Origin: Parcubacteria group bacterium ADurb.Bin326
GTDB lineage: Bacteria; Patescibacteriota; Patescibacteriia; 2-01-FULL-39-33
Direction of reading: 5' to 3'
Assembly: GCA_002068915.1 (NCBI GenBank)
Contig: MWBE01000017.1
Location: 3,818-67,817 of the forward strand
Length of the DNA stretch: 64,000 nucleotides
Part shown: one piece after another, positions 54,895 to 64,000 of the stretch
Numbering within the stretch: the stretch's first letter is position 1
Layout of the letters: each line of letters starts with the position of its first letter
Notes under the pieces: generated by a model
Seen by the model: only the letters and a program-made list of their open reading frames with translations
Database searches by the model: none
Told to the model about the DNA's origin: nothing
Made by a program: the position numbers and the translations under genes

Positions 54895-56208
54895 ATGAAC
54901 TTAATTTTCAGAAGGTTTGTTTATATTTTCTTCATTATAATTTTCCTTTTGGCTGCTCCGGCCGCGGTGCTCTACACCATGGGTTACCGCTATAATTTTT
55001 CTGCTGGCCGAGTACAAAAAACCGGACTGATGAAAATAACCTCCGTTCCCAAAGACGCGGATATCTATCTTAACGGAATCAAATACGAAAAATCACAAAC
55101 TCCAGCTAAGATCGAATACTTATTGCCTGGCGATTACGAAATTAAAATCTCCAAAGACGGCTATCATGATTGGCAAAAAAAATTAGCCGTCTATGAAAAC
55201 GGCACTACTTTTGCCGAAAAAATAATTCTTTGGAAAAAAAACCAACCGGAAAAAATCGAGGCTACGACTACAGCTTGGTCCGCCTCAGACGATGGCAACA
55301 AGGTTGCCTTAGGTCAGGACAATATTGTTAAAATCTTAAATATCAGTAGCGGACTATTAGGAGAGACTGAGGGTGGAGACATAACTAAGTCAGCTGAATT
55401 ACCCGAGGGTACAAGAATAAACAAAATCTCTTTTTCTCCCAACAGCAAAAAAATCTTAATTGACTCGACGGTATCCGGCAAAAAGCAGTACTGGCTTCAT
55501 GCTCTTGATTGGCAAAAACCACTGCAACTGCCAACAACCTTTTCGGGATTTAAGTTTAATCAAAAAGATAGCGAGCTTTACGGCTTCAATACTTCGGGAA
55601 TATTTTTGATTGACTCCGCAAGACTGGCAACTAAACAACTCCTACGCGCCAATGATATCAAAGACATTCTGCCTGATTCTGATTTAATCTATTTGGTTAA
55701 TGGTAAAACCTTGGACATTTTTGAAACCACGAAAAACAATCGAACTAACATCGAAGAACTTTCCTGCACTGATTGTCGATTGGAAAAAATAGTTTCTTCA
55801 AAGCTTTTTACCTTTGATGATGCCTACAAAAAGATGAGTATCATTGACCTGGCCAGAAAGAAAAAAACCACGTCTTTTGAAGCTAAAGGTATTGACGTCT
55901 TAAATGATAATTCAGTAATGTTTTACGGCGACTGGGAAATTTTCGTCTATGACTTTGACAAAGAATCTCCTGAGTTAATCACCAGAATGGGAGAAGCGGT
56001 GCTGGCTGCTTGCTGGCATCCTAAAGCTCGCCACCTATTCTTTTCTACTAAAGACAAGATCAAGGTGATTGAATTAGATAATCGAGAGTTGCGCAATATT
56101 ATCGATATTTCTGAGGGTAAAAATCATTCCTCCCTGCGTTTTGACAGAATTGGCAATATCCTCTACTCTAACAGCGATAACGGAATAGAAAAATTAAAAC
56201 TGCAATAA
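54895..56208 (+). CDS. PEGA domain-containing membrane-anchored protein with a C-terminal beta-propeller-like region
   Basis: 437-aa ORF with an N-terminal TM and a PEGA motif (PKDADIYLNG...LLPGDYEIKISKDGY). Confidence 0.55.
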   Translation: MNLIFRRFVYIFFIIIFLLAAPAAVLYTMGYRYNFSAGRVQKTGLMKITSVPKDADIYLNGIKYEKSQTPAKIEYLLPGDYEIKISKDGYHDWQKKLAVYENGTTFAEKIILWKKNQPEKIEATTTAWSASDDGNKVALGQDNIVKILNISSGLLGETEGGDITKSAELPEGTRINKISFSPNSKKILIDSTVSGKKQYWLHALDWQKPLQLPTTFSGFKFNQKDSELYGFNTSGIFLIDSARLATKQLLRANDIKDILPDSDLIYLVNGKTLDIFETTKNNRTNIEELSCTDCRLEKIVSSKLFTFDDAYKKMSIIDLARKKKTTSFEAKGIDVLNDNSVMFYGDWEIFVYDFDKESPELITRMGEAVLAACWHPKARHLFFSTKDKIKVIELDNRELRNIIDISEGKNHSSLRFDRIGNILYSNSDNGIEKLKLQ

Positions 56209-56222
56209 TTAAATTAGACATA

Positions 56223-56250
56223 AAAAACGGAGCAAACGCTCCGTTTTTTT
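56223..56250. terminator. bidirectional intrinsic terminator (AACGGAGC-aaac-GCTCCGTT with flanking A/T runs)
   Basis: Sits between the convergent PEGA gene and the HIT gene. Confidence 0.6.
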
Positions 56251-56659
56251 ATTTAATCAAGTTTTTTATTTTTTCAAGAATCGCTTCCGCCTCTCCCTCG
56301 CCATAAGGCCGGCCGTGCCAAAGCTCCCGTCCGTCACCTTCAAAACGAGGAACGATATGCCAATGAAAATGTCCCACTTCCTGCCCGGCAATCTTGCCAT
56401 TGTTTAAATTAAGATTGAAGGCCTTAGACTCTACGCCAGAAATTACTGCCGGAGCTATTTTTTTAATTCTCGCTATCAGTGTTTGTGCCTCGACTTCGGG
56501 CAACTCGAGCAAATCGGCGTAATGGCGCTTAGGAATAACTAGCGTGTGCCCCGGATTAACCGGCGAGATATCCAAAAAAGCCAAAACATCATCATCTTCG
56601 TAAACTTTATGGCAAGGAATTTCTCCTTTGACAATCTTGCAAAAAATACAATCTTCCAT
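56249..56659 (-). CDS. HIT-family nucleotide hydrolase (histidine triad)
   Basis: 136-aa ORF with the HFHWHIVPR triad. Confidence 0.85.
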   Translation of the reverse strand: MEDCIFCKIVKGEIPCHKVYEDDDVLAFLDISPVNPGHTLVIPKRHYADLLELPEVEAQTLIARIKKIAPAVISGVESKAFNLNLNNGKIAGQEVGHFHWHIVPRFEGDGRELWHGRPYGEGEAEAILEKIKNLIK

Positions 56660-56669
56660 ATTTTTTTAT

Positions 56670-58463
56670 TTATTTGATAGTGCGACTGGCACAATTATTG
56701 TTATTGATTGTTTCTTGAAATCTCTTGGCGGAAACAGCCTCTAAAGCTAATATTACTTCTAGGTCATCATCGATGCAAGGATAGCTGTCGAGCTTAGAAA
56801 TATCTTTCCAAATAGCTTCTGCTTTGGCCCAATCGCGATCACTGACATTTACTTTAAGTAACGGCCCAGAATAGAAACTGATCGTGAATAATAAAGACAA
56901 GGTAATCACGGCCAATTGTGATTTTTTAACAACCACAAAATCATAAATCGGCTCGGCCAAGATAAAAATAAAAAAGACTGAAGAAAAAAACGTTAATCGA
57001 CGCGCAAGGGAGTGCTCCCCCGAAAGCAATGTCCAAGAAAAAACATAGGTTGCAGTCAAAGAAAAAAACATCAAGCAAATTGCCAAACGAACAGCGTCAT
57101 TTTTTTTCCAACACTGCCAGCAAGCCAAAAGAGAAACAAGAATAAAAATAATTGCAAATAGTATGTCGAGAATTTCAAGCAGGTTGGCATCAACGAAAGA
57201 AAAACGCGACAGCGAATTGAAATACAACAGACTTCCGGCAGACCAAGCGCTTCTTATCTTGCCTAAGAAAAAATCAAAACGGTTGCCGTCAAGCAATTCC
57301 AAACCAAACATAAACAAAGCAATGGCGCCGGCCGCAATAATTCCCAGCCAGCGATTTTTTCGTAGCGCCAAAGTCAAAAAACTCAAAGCAAGCAATGCCA
57401 AAAAAGACAGAGAATAATTAAAATAAGACAAAGCCGTAAATCCTCCGGCCAGCAATAATATTTTTTTCTCTCCGTTTTTAAGATAGTTCAGCCAAAGCGG
57501 AATTACCGCGAGAACAACCAGAACCCCGTATGAAGCCGGCAAACCTTGAGCGCCATAGTACTGCAACAAATAAAGACCATTGCCGATTAAAGCTGGGATA
57601 AGCGCCTTGTTCCTGTCAGAAAAAAGCAACAAGCCAACAAGATAAGATAGTAAAGTAAAACTCAGGGACCAAAATATCGGCAAGGCAAACTTATTAATCT
57701 GAAAGACTCCGACTCCGGTGAGTTGAGACGAAAAAGCCTCAATCGACCACTGAAGGCCGTAAGAAATTTTGGCTCGATCAACTAGGGCTTGTGGGATCTT
57801 TATTGGCCCAAGATTAACGGTCCACAAATCCTTAGTTAATAAAGTTGGCTGATAATCTAATCCTTGCAATAATCTATTTTCCGACCCTAAATGACGGAAT
57901 CTATCGCCGCCAAAGCCGTTTTGATAAACCAATAGATAACTATGGATAAAAAATGACAACGCGATTATCGACCAAAGAATCTTCTTGGGACTTATCTTTT
58001 GTACAATCGACCAGAGGACGAATAGAAAACCAAACAAGGCCGAGACAACAAACCACCAGGGTAAAGCCTCCCAAGGAGAAAACATTTTTTCTCCTTTAGC
58101 CATGAGTACTGACGAAATTACTCCGGAAATCACAACTAAATAAAAAATTACCCAAACGACCTTAGGCCAATCATTGAGATCGACTGTAGTAATTTTTTGT
58201 TCGCTTTCCGGAAGTGGCGCCTTAATCCACTTATTAACTCCCCAAAAAATAAGCGCCGTCAAAATCAGCGATAGCCACATCAACCAAAAATCATATTTAA
58301 ACCATGAGGTAAAAAGTCCCCCTATTAATCCGAAAGAAATCAAAGATAGAATAATTCCGTAAAAAAAAGATTCGCCCCGACTAAAAGGAAAAATCTTGGC
58401 AACAATTTTTGCGGCCAAGCTCCCCACCAAAACAATAGAAATTATGAATGCCAAAAATGCCAT
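56670..58463 (-). CDS. polytopic integral membrane protein (>=12 predicted TM helices), possibly a GT-C-type glycosyltransferase or polymerase
   Basis: 597-aa ORF, hydrophobic throughout. Functional guess is by analogy only. Confidence 0.35.
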   Translation of the reverse strand: MAFLAFIISIVLVGSLAAKIVAKIFPFSRGESFFYGIILSLISFGLIGGLFTSWFKYDFWLMWLSLILTALIFWGVNKWIKAPLPESEQKITTVDLNDWPKVVWVIFYLVVISGVISSVLMAKGEKMFSPWEALPWWFVVSALFGFLFVLWSIVQKISPKKILWSIIALSFFIHSYLLVYQNGFGGDRFRHLGSENRLLQGLDYQPTLLTKDLWTVNLGPIKIPQALVDRAKISYGLQWSIEAFSSQLTGVGVFQINKFALPIFWSLSFTLLSYLVGLLLFSDRNKALIPALIGNGLYLLQYYGAQGLPASYGVLVVLAVIPLWLNYLKNGEKKILLLAGGFTALSYFNYSLSFLALLALSFLTLALRKNRWLGIIAAGAIALFMFGLELLDGNRFDFFLGKIRSAWSAGSLLYFNSLSRFSFVDANLLEILDILFAIIFILVSLLACWQCWKKNDAVRLAICLMFFSLTATYVFSWTLLSGEHSLARRLTFFSSVFFIFILAEPIYDFVVVKKSQLAVITLSLLFTISFYSGPLLKVNVSDRDWAKAEAIWKDISKLDSYPCIDDDLEVILALEAVSAKRFQETINNNNCASRTIK

Positions 58464-58465
58464 AC

Positions 58466-59398
58466 CTAGATCTTAAAAAGATTTTTCGAATTGCCAGTAG
58501 TCACTCTGGCTACTTCTTCATAATCTACTCCCTTGAGGGACGCGACCTTCTGCGCAACAAACTCAACATATTGAGGCAAACAACGCTGGCCTCGATGCGG
58601 CTCGGGAGAAAGAAAGGGTGCATCGGTTTCCACTAAAATTTTCTCTAGCGGCAAGGTTCTAACAATTTCCTGAAGCGCTTCCGCTTTCTTCTTGAAAGTC
58701 ACAATACCGGTTATTCCGATGTACAATCCAAGCTTGGAAAATTCTTGCGCCTGTGCCAAATTACCACCAAAACAATGCACCACGCCCCTTATTTTCCTGC
58801 CTGCAGCAATTTCTTCTTTTATTAATTGCAACAAATCGCCGTAAGCTCCGAAATTAACATCGGAACTATCGGTACCGACCAACAAGCCATGCGAGTCATC
58901 ATTTTTTACAGCCGAATCTTTGGCGTCACGGCAATGAAAAATTAACGGCAAACCAAGTTCTTCCGCCAAAGCAATAAAACCACGCAAAGCTTCTTTTTGT
59001 TTGGCAATGAGTTCGGGAATTTTTTCGTCGGGAAACTTATCAAAATAGTAATAATCCAAGCCAACCTCGCCAATCGCCACAACTTTATCAGAAGACCGCG
59101 CTAACTGACGATATTTTTCTTGATCAAAATCTTCTTGACGACTTTTGAAAGTATAGGGCTTGCCATCCATCATGACAGTATCCTCGGCTTCATCAATTAA
59201 ATCAATCGGATGCAGGCCGACAGCCGCATACACTCCCCGCTCATACTTATCAGCATATTCGATAGCGCGACGTGAACTGGAATCCTGAGAGCCGACCACG
59301 ACCATAGCGTAATTATCGCGCAAAAAATCCTTGATAACCTCGTCAGCATCGTCTTTGTAGGAAATAAAATTAATATGGCAATGAGAATCGACTAACAT
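58466..59398 (-). CDS. tatD: TatD-family metal-dependent hydrolase
   Basis: Carries the LVDSHCHINF motif. The ORF track extends to 59461; the internal Met at ~59398 just before VDSHCH is the more likely start. Confidence 0.8.
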   Translation of the reverse strand: MLVDSHCHINFISYKDDADEVIKDFLRDNYAMVVVGSQDSSSRRAIEYADKYERGVYAAVGLHPIDLIDEAEDTVMMDGKPYTFKSRQEDFDQEKYRQLARSSDKVVAIGEVGLDYYYFDKFPDEKIPELIAKQKEALRGFIALAEELGLPLIFHCRDAKDSAVKNDDSHGLLVGTDSSDVNFGAYGDLLQLIKEEIAAGRKIRGVVHCFGGNLAQAQEFSKLGLYIGITGIVTFKKKAEALQEIVRTLPLEKILVETDAPFLSPEPHRGQRCLPQYVEFVAQKVASLKGVDYEEVARVTTGNSKNLFKI

Positions 59399-59919
59399 TA
59401 AAAAATAGAAATTATTTTTCTTAAAGCTTCGGGAAGCAAGGCAATCAAACGCCAAGACCAAGATACTAAGAAATGCGCTACCGAAGATGAGGCGATATTG
59501 TTTTGAACGAAGCTAATATCCGGCGCAAGCTTGGAGATTGCATAAACCAAAAGTCCAGCCGTCAAAACTCCTTCTATTAATCCCAAAATCAAACCCCCGA
59601 GACGATTGAAGGTTTTAGCAAAAGGCAAAAAAGAAAGCACGTCAAATCCCTTGCTCAAAAAATGAAAAATCAAAACCACCAACCTATTGATAATAAAAAA
59701 GACCAGAATGAAAGCAAGAATTTTAGCTAACGACTCACGCCCCATCAAAATCGGCGTCAACCAGTCAGCGACCGGCATGAAATATCGCCCGGCAACCCAG
59801 GTCCCTATAACTAAACCAATCAAAGCCCCGATACTACGAATCAGGCCCAGACCAAAACCAATGGCGACAAAAGAAAATACAATCAAAATTAAAATGACAT
59901 CGACAAGCGTAAAAGTCAT
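59398..59919 (-). CDS. cvpA: CvpA-family membrane protein
   Basis: 173-aa ORF with a 4-TM small membrane protein pattern typical of CvpA. Confidence 0.55.
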   Translation of the reverse strand: MTFTLVDVILILIVFSFVAIGFGLGLIRSIGALIGLVIGTWVAGRYFMPVADWLTPILMGRESLAKILAFILVFFIINRLVVLIFHFLSKGFDVLSFLPFAKTFNRLGGLILGLIEGVLTAGLLVYAISKLAPDISFVQNNIASSSVAHFLVSWSWRLIALLPEALRKIISIF

Positions 59920-59928
59920 ATTTTAAAA

Positions 59929-61431
59929 TTATTGAATTCTGGGAAAAAGCGGTTCGTTTTTGTTAGTCTTGCTTTCGGGTTCAAGTAATCCCCAAACTTT
60001 TAGGGTAACAAAATCTTTCTGGCGAAAATCGTCTTGACCCAAGGCGCGCAAAATCTTTTCTGAGGTCTCCGGCATGATTGGCCAGAGCGCCACGCCAAGA
60101 TGACGCAACAATTCCAATAAATTATAAATCACTCCGGCTAAACGCTTGACATCGGTTTTGGCAAGTTCCCACGGTTTATTTTTCTCCACATAGCCGTCAC
60201 CTAATTGATTAAGTTTTTTGACGGCTTCAATTGCTTGATCAACCTGAAAACCCTCTAAGGAATCCTCGTATTCCGACCAAATTTTTTCTACCTCATTTTT
60301 CAATTCGCTATCGCGCGCCGGCACCACGCCTTCAAAATATTTTTCGGCCATGGACGTGACGCGACTAGCAAAATTACCGATACCATTGGCAAGATCAGAA
60401 TTATATTGGATAGCAAATTGCGCCGCTTTAATATCGCCGTCCTGTCCAAATGGAAATTGCGACAAGAGCAGGTATCTTGTAGCGTCAGCTCCAAATTCTT
60501 TGATCAGATTAAATGGATCAATAACATTGCCGAGTGACTTGCCCATCTTCTGTCCGTCAACAGTGAAAAAACCATGGACATACAGATTCTTGGGTGTCAG
60601 CAAACCAGCAGCGATAAGCATTGCCGGCCAATAGATGCAGTGGAATTTCAAGATATCTTTGCCGAGTATGTGAACGTCCGCCGGCCAGAATTTTTCTAAC
60701 TTGGTAATATCATCAGAGCCATAGCCCAAAGCGTTAATATAGTTGGTCAAAGCATCAACCCAGACATAGGCGACTTGCGACTCGTCCCAAGGCAAAGGAA
60801 TACCCCATTTGACTGAGGAACGAGAAATGGAAAAATCTCCAATGTCTTGTTTGAATAGTCCCAAAACTTCATTCTTTTTGCTTTCCGGCAAAATTCTAAT
60901 TTCATCAACATCAATCATTCGCTTCACTTCAGGCAAATATTTCTTGAGATTAAAAAAGTAATTTTTCTCACTGATCATCTGAGGCTTGACGCGATGAATC
61001 GGACACTCGCCATTTACCAAATCGCGTTCCGTCAAAAAGGCTTCGCAACCTTGGCAGTATAATCCTTCATATTCTCCCTCATAAACCGCATCATTTTCCT
61101 TCAGTTTCTCAATGAATTTAATTACGCCGGCTTTGTGGCGATCGGAAGTCGTGCGGATGAAATCGTCATTACTGATATCTAACTCATCCCAACATTCCAT
61201 GAACTTAGCAGCCATCTCATCACAAAACTCTTGCGGTGTTTTCCCAGCCTTTTCCGCGGTTTCAGCCATCTTAGCGCCGTGTTCGTCAGAACCGGTTAAA
61301 AACATCACCTCATCACCCTTCAAACGATGATAGCGAGCCAAGACATCGGCTGCCAAAGTCGGATAAGCGGAACCGATATGCGGCTCACCGTTGATATAGT
61401 AAATTGGCGTTGTTACGTAAAATTTTGACAT
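59929..61431 (-). CDS. metG: methionine--tRNA ligase
   Basis: 500-aa ORF with an N-terminal HIGS-type motif (PHIGSAYP), a KMSKS-like motif (KMGKS) and a zinc knuckle CQGCE...CPIH. Confidence 0.95.
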   Translation of the reverse strand: MSKFYVTTPIYYINGEPHIGSAYPTLAADVLARYHRLKGDEVMFLTGSDEHGAKMAETAEKAGKTPQEFCDEMAAKFMECWDELDISNDDFIRTTSDRHKAGVIKFIEKLKENDAVYEGEYEGLYCQGCEAFLTERDLVNGECPIHRVKPQMISEKNYFFNLKKYLPEVKRMIDVDEIRILPESKKNEVLGLFKQDIGDFSISRSSVKWGIPLPWDESQVAYVWVDALTNYINALGYGSDDITKLEKFWPADVHILGKDILKFHCIYWPAMLIAAGLLTPKNLYVHGFFTVDGQKMGKSLGNVIDPFNLIKEFGADATRYLLLSQFPFGQDGDIKAAQFAIQYNSDLANGIGNFASRVTSMAEKYFEGVVPARDSELKNEVEKIWSEYEDSLEGFQVDQAIEAVKKLNQLGDGYVEKNKPWELAKTDVKRLAGVIYNLLELLRHLGVALWPIMPETSEKILRALGQDDFRQKDFVTLKVWGLLEPESKTNKNEPLFPRIQ

Positions 61432-61432
61432 A

Positions 61433-62119
61433 TTATTTTCCTTCGACTACCACTACAAATTCCCCTTTGGTGGTATCTGATTTTAATTTTTCTAAAATTT
61501 GTTTAATGTTGCCACGATAGATAGTTTCGAATTTTTTCGTCAATTCGCGGCCAATGACGATTCGTCTATTATTATTTGCCCCCAAGGGCATCATCTCTGA
61601 CATTTTTTCCAAAGTCTTCATGATTCGATGAGTTGATTCATAAAACACGGCGGTTTCCTCGCTATCAATAATACGCTTAAGCATAGTCTCCTTGCCTTTT
61701 TTGTGTGGCAAAAAACCCAAAAATAAAAATTTGTCAGTTGGCAAACCGGAGACGGACAAAATAGCAATAATGGCCGACGGCCCGGGAATCGGAATAATCT
61801 CACAATCATTCCCAAATTTTTTGACTGCCGCCTCCACCAACAAATTACCCGGATCAGAAATACCGGGAGTGCCGGCATCGGTGATAATTGCCAACTCCTC
61901 TATCTCAACTAATTTATCCAACAAAAAATCAACCTTGCCAGCTGAGCTGTGCTGATGATAAGAAATGGTTTTTGTCTTTATGCCATAATAAGACAGCAAC
62001 TTCTGCGACACGCGAGTATCTTCGCAGGCAATCAAAGACACGGACTTTAAAATCTCTAAAGCCCGCAAAGTAATGTCTCCTAAATTGCCCAGTGGCGTCG
62101 CCACAACATATAGTTTCAT
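61433..62119 (-). CDS. rsmI: 16S rRNA (cytidine1402-2'-O)-methyltransferase
   Basis: Carries the VVATPLGNLGDITLRALEIL tetrapyrrole-methylase-like start. The ORF track starts at 62236, but the Met at 62119 (MKLYVV) removes the overlap with the upstream gene. Confidence 0.85.
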   Translation of the reverse strand: MKLYVVATPLGNLGDITLRALEILKSVSLIACEDTRVSQKLLSYYGIKTKTISYHQHSSAGKVDFLLDKLVEIEELAIITDAGTPGISDPGNLLVEAAVKKFGNDCEIIPIPGPSAIIAILSVSGLPTDKFLFLGFLPHKKGKETMLKRIIDSEETAVFYESTHRIMKTLEKMSEMMPLGANNNRRIVIGRELTKKFETIYRGNIKQILEKLKSDTTKGEFVVVVEGK

Positions 62120-62150
62120 AGCCAAATTATACCATTTTGGGCCAAAAAAA

Positions 62151-63395
62151 TCAAACTGACGAAGTGGCGACGCTTTCTCCGGCACGATAGCCGGTACTCC
62201 AACAAATCTGCAAATTATATCCACCAGTCGGACCATCTAAGTCCAAAATCTCTCCAGCTAAATAAAGGTTATTGATCAACTTAGACTTCATTGTCTTAGG
62301 GTCAATCTCGCTTAGCTTGACTCCGCCAGAGGTAACCATGGCTTGATCAAACCCTGCTGTTCTAGCAACTTCCAAATCAAATCCTTTCAGTAACTCAATT
62401 AACTTTTTTCGCTCTTCCCTACTTACTGAATTAACTTGCTTTGCGGGATTAATTCCTGACAGCTTCAAAATTAGCGCAGACAATTTGGGCGATAATAATT
62501 TGCCCAAATAATTCTTAAATGCCTTATTATTGTCAGCCCTAAAATCAGCCAGCACCTTCTCCTCTAACTCCGATCGACTATGGTCCGGATAAAAATCAAT
62601 CCTTAACAGCATTTTTTGAGGCAACAGTCGGCCAATTTCCCGACTTAAATTCAAAGACAAAGGACCGCTCAATCCATTTGAGGTAAAAATCATTTCTCCT
62701 CTAGCTGTAATGATTTTTTCATTGTCCTTAAGCAAGGCAACCTCTACATTTTTCAGACTTAACCCCTCTAACTCTCTAACGATTTTATTTTTGACAATAA
62801 TTGGTGCCAGCGCCGGTAGCGGACTTACTATTTCATGCCCCAACTTTTTCAGCCACGCGTAACCATCACCAGCAGATCCGCTCGCTGGATACGACTTGCC
62901 ACCGACACATATGATATATTTGTCTGCCAAAATCTCTTCGCCGTTTGTCAAGATGATCTTTTCTATCTTCTTGTTTTTAACAATTAATTCTTTTACCGCT
63001 GAATTAAGTCTTACTTCAACACCGGAATCAACTAAATATCTTTTTAAACACTTCAAAATATCATTGGCGCTATTACTGACGGGAAAAACTCTGCCATTTT
63101 GCTCTGTTTTAATCTTAACTCCCCTAGCCTGAAAAAAATCAATAACTTCACTGACACCTAATCCGCTTAATGCGGAAAATAGGAATTTTCCATTTTTGCC
63201 ATAAATATCAACCAAACTCTTGGATTCTATAGCTTGATTGGTAATGTTGCACCTGCCACCTCCGGTCATCAGTAATTTAATTCCTAACTTATTATTCTTT
63301 TCTAATAAAACAACACTGGCGCGCAGTTCGCCCGCTCTTCCGGCAGCCATCATGCCTGCCGGCCCGCCACCGATTACTGCAATATCATATTTCAT
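62151..63395 (-). CDS. FAD-dependent oxidoreductase, HI0933/aminoacetone-oxidase-like family
   Basis: 414-aa ORF with an N-terminal dinucleotide-binding GGGPAG and the family motif GGGRCNITN. Confidence 0.8.
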   Translation of the reverse strand: MKYDIAVIGGGPAGMMAAGRAGELRASVVLLEKNNKLGIKLLMTGGGRCNITNQAIESKSLVDIYGKNGKFLFSALSGLGVSEVIDFFQARGVKIKTEQNGRVFPVSNSANDILKCLKRYLVDSGVEVRLNSAVKELIVKNKKIEKIILTNGEEILADKYIICVGGKSYPASGSAGDGYAWLKKLGHEIVSPLPALAPIIVKNKIVRELEGLSLKNVEVALLKDNEKIITARGEMIFTSNGLSGPLSLNLSREIGRLLPQKMLLRIDFYPDHSRSELEEKVLADFRADNNKAFKNYLGKLLSPKLSALILKLSGINPAKQVNSVSREERKKLIELLKGFDLEVARTAGFDQAMVTSGGVKLSEIDPKTMKSKLINNLYLAGEILDLDGPTGGYNLQICWSTGYRAGESVATSSV

Positions 63396-63398
63396 AAT

Positions 63399-64000
63399 TT
63401 ATAGAGGACTTTTAATATTTCTAAGAGCCGGGTTGGTGACATGGGTATAAATCTGTGTCGTCCGGATATTGGCATGACCCAGTAATTCCTGCACATAACG
63501 CACGTCGGTGCCATTTTCCAGTAAATGCGTAGCAAATGAGTGGCGCAAGGCGTGAAGAGAAACAACCCTATTAATCCCCGCTTCTCTAGCCGCTTTAGCA
63601 ACAATTTTTTGAACACTGGCCTCACTTAAGTGCTTGCCCCGAGGATTAGTAAACAAAAAATCATCCGGTAATTTAAGTTTCTGTTGCCTACTCAAAATAT
63701 CCTTCAATGATTCTGGCAAAACTGTATAACGATCCTTCTTGCCCTTACCTTGATAGACACGCAAAACCATCTGATTCAAATCAATATCCTTCATTCTTAA
63801 CCGCACCACTTCCCCTACTCGCAAACCCGATCCATATAATAAGCCCACAATGCAATGATGTTTGGGACTCTTAAGGCAAGCTAATATTTTAATAATCTCG
63901 TCCTTGGACAGAACTTCCGGCAAATGTTTCTCTTTTTTGGCGCGAGGAATAGTGGCAAAAAACCGACGATGCATTATCTTTTCAAAATAAAGCTTCATAG
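63399..64000 (-). CDS. tyrosine recombinase XerC/XerD family, C-terminal catalytic domain (N-terminus beyond the window edge)
   Basis: Carries the R..HSFATHLLENGTDVRYVQELLGHANIRTTQIYTHV catalytic RHRH/Y region; truncated by the end of the window. Confidence 0.75.
   Translation of the reverse strand, partial: MKLYFEKIMHRRFFATIPRAKKEKHLPEVLSKDEIIKILACLKSPKHHCIVGLLYGSGLRVGEVVRLRMKDIDLNQMVLRVYQGKGKKDRYTVLPESLKDILSRQQKLKLPDDFLFTNPRGKHLSEASVQKIVAKAAREAGINRVVSLHALRHSFATHLLENGTDVRYVQELLGHANIRTTQIYTHVTNPALRNIKSPL

Noticed and set aside
1-64000. CRISPR arrays, rRNA genes, IS elements
   Set aside because: No regularly spaced direct repeats, no rRNA-like conserved stretches and no transposase ORFs or terminal inverted repeats were seen on reading the window. 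The only recombinase is the truncated xer-type gene at the 3-prime edge.

Overview
This window is low-GC and gene-dense, mostly minus-strand, and looks like a small-genome anaerobe, possibly Patescibacteria/CPR-like; that placement is inference from gene content only. Recognisable housekeeping genes are dusB, uvrB, dut, an RRM RNA-binding protein, a beta-CASP MBL ribonuclease, glmS, a DAG-kinase-family lipid kinase, several GT4 glycosyltransferases, alr, a PHP-domain protein, an AlkD-like DNA alkylation repair protein, the dnaG-rpoD pair, a desulfoferrodoxin-rubrerythrin pair, tgt, dnaB, ybaB, a partial dcw cluster (mraZ-rsmH-ftsL-ftsI-murF), tsaB, an L,D-transpeptidase, rplJ-rplL, murA, a HIT protein, tatD, cvpA, metG, rsmI, an FAD oxidoreductase and a truncated xer-type tyrosine recombinase at the window edge. 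Three things stand out. First, a tRNA-Asn(GUU) gene on the minus strand is split in its anticodon loop by a ~548-nt group I intron with textbook P/Q/R/S core elements and an intron-encoded HNH endonuclease ORF. Second, four plus-strand cassettes are compositionally anomalous (visibly GC-rich against an AT-rich background). Each has a sigma70-like promoter (two of them exact consensus -35/-10 with 17-bp spacing), a strong SD, and a GC-rich hairpin terminator. They sit at about 13.8-14.6 kb (zinc-ribbon protein, abutting the intron-tRNA), 32.4-32.9 kb (small Arg-rich ORF or ncRNA), 36.3-38.1 kb (520-aa unknown directly downstream of tRNA-Lys) and 51.8-53.6 kb (500-aa acidic lipoprotein); cassettes 2 and 4 share a CCCCGCACTTTT motif before their terminators. 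Third, there is a VirD4/TraD-like ATPase with a membrane partner, and an inverted-architecture sigma-region-4 HTH protein. No CRISPR array or rRNA gene was seen.
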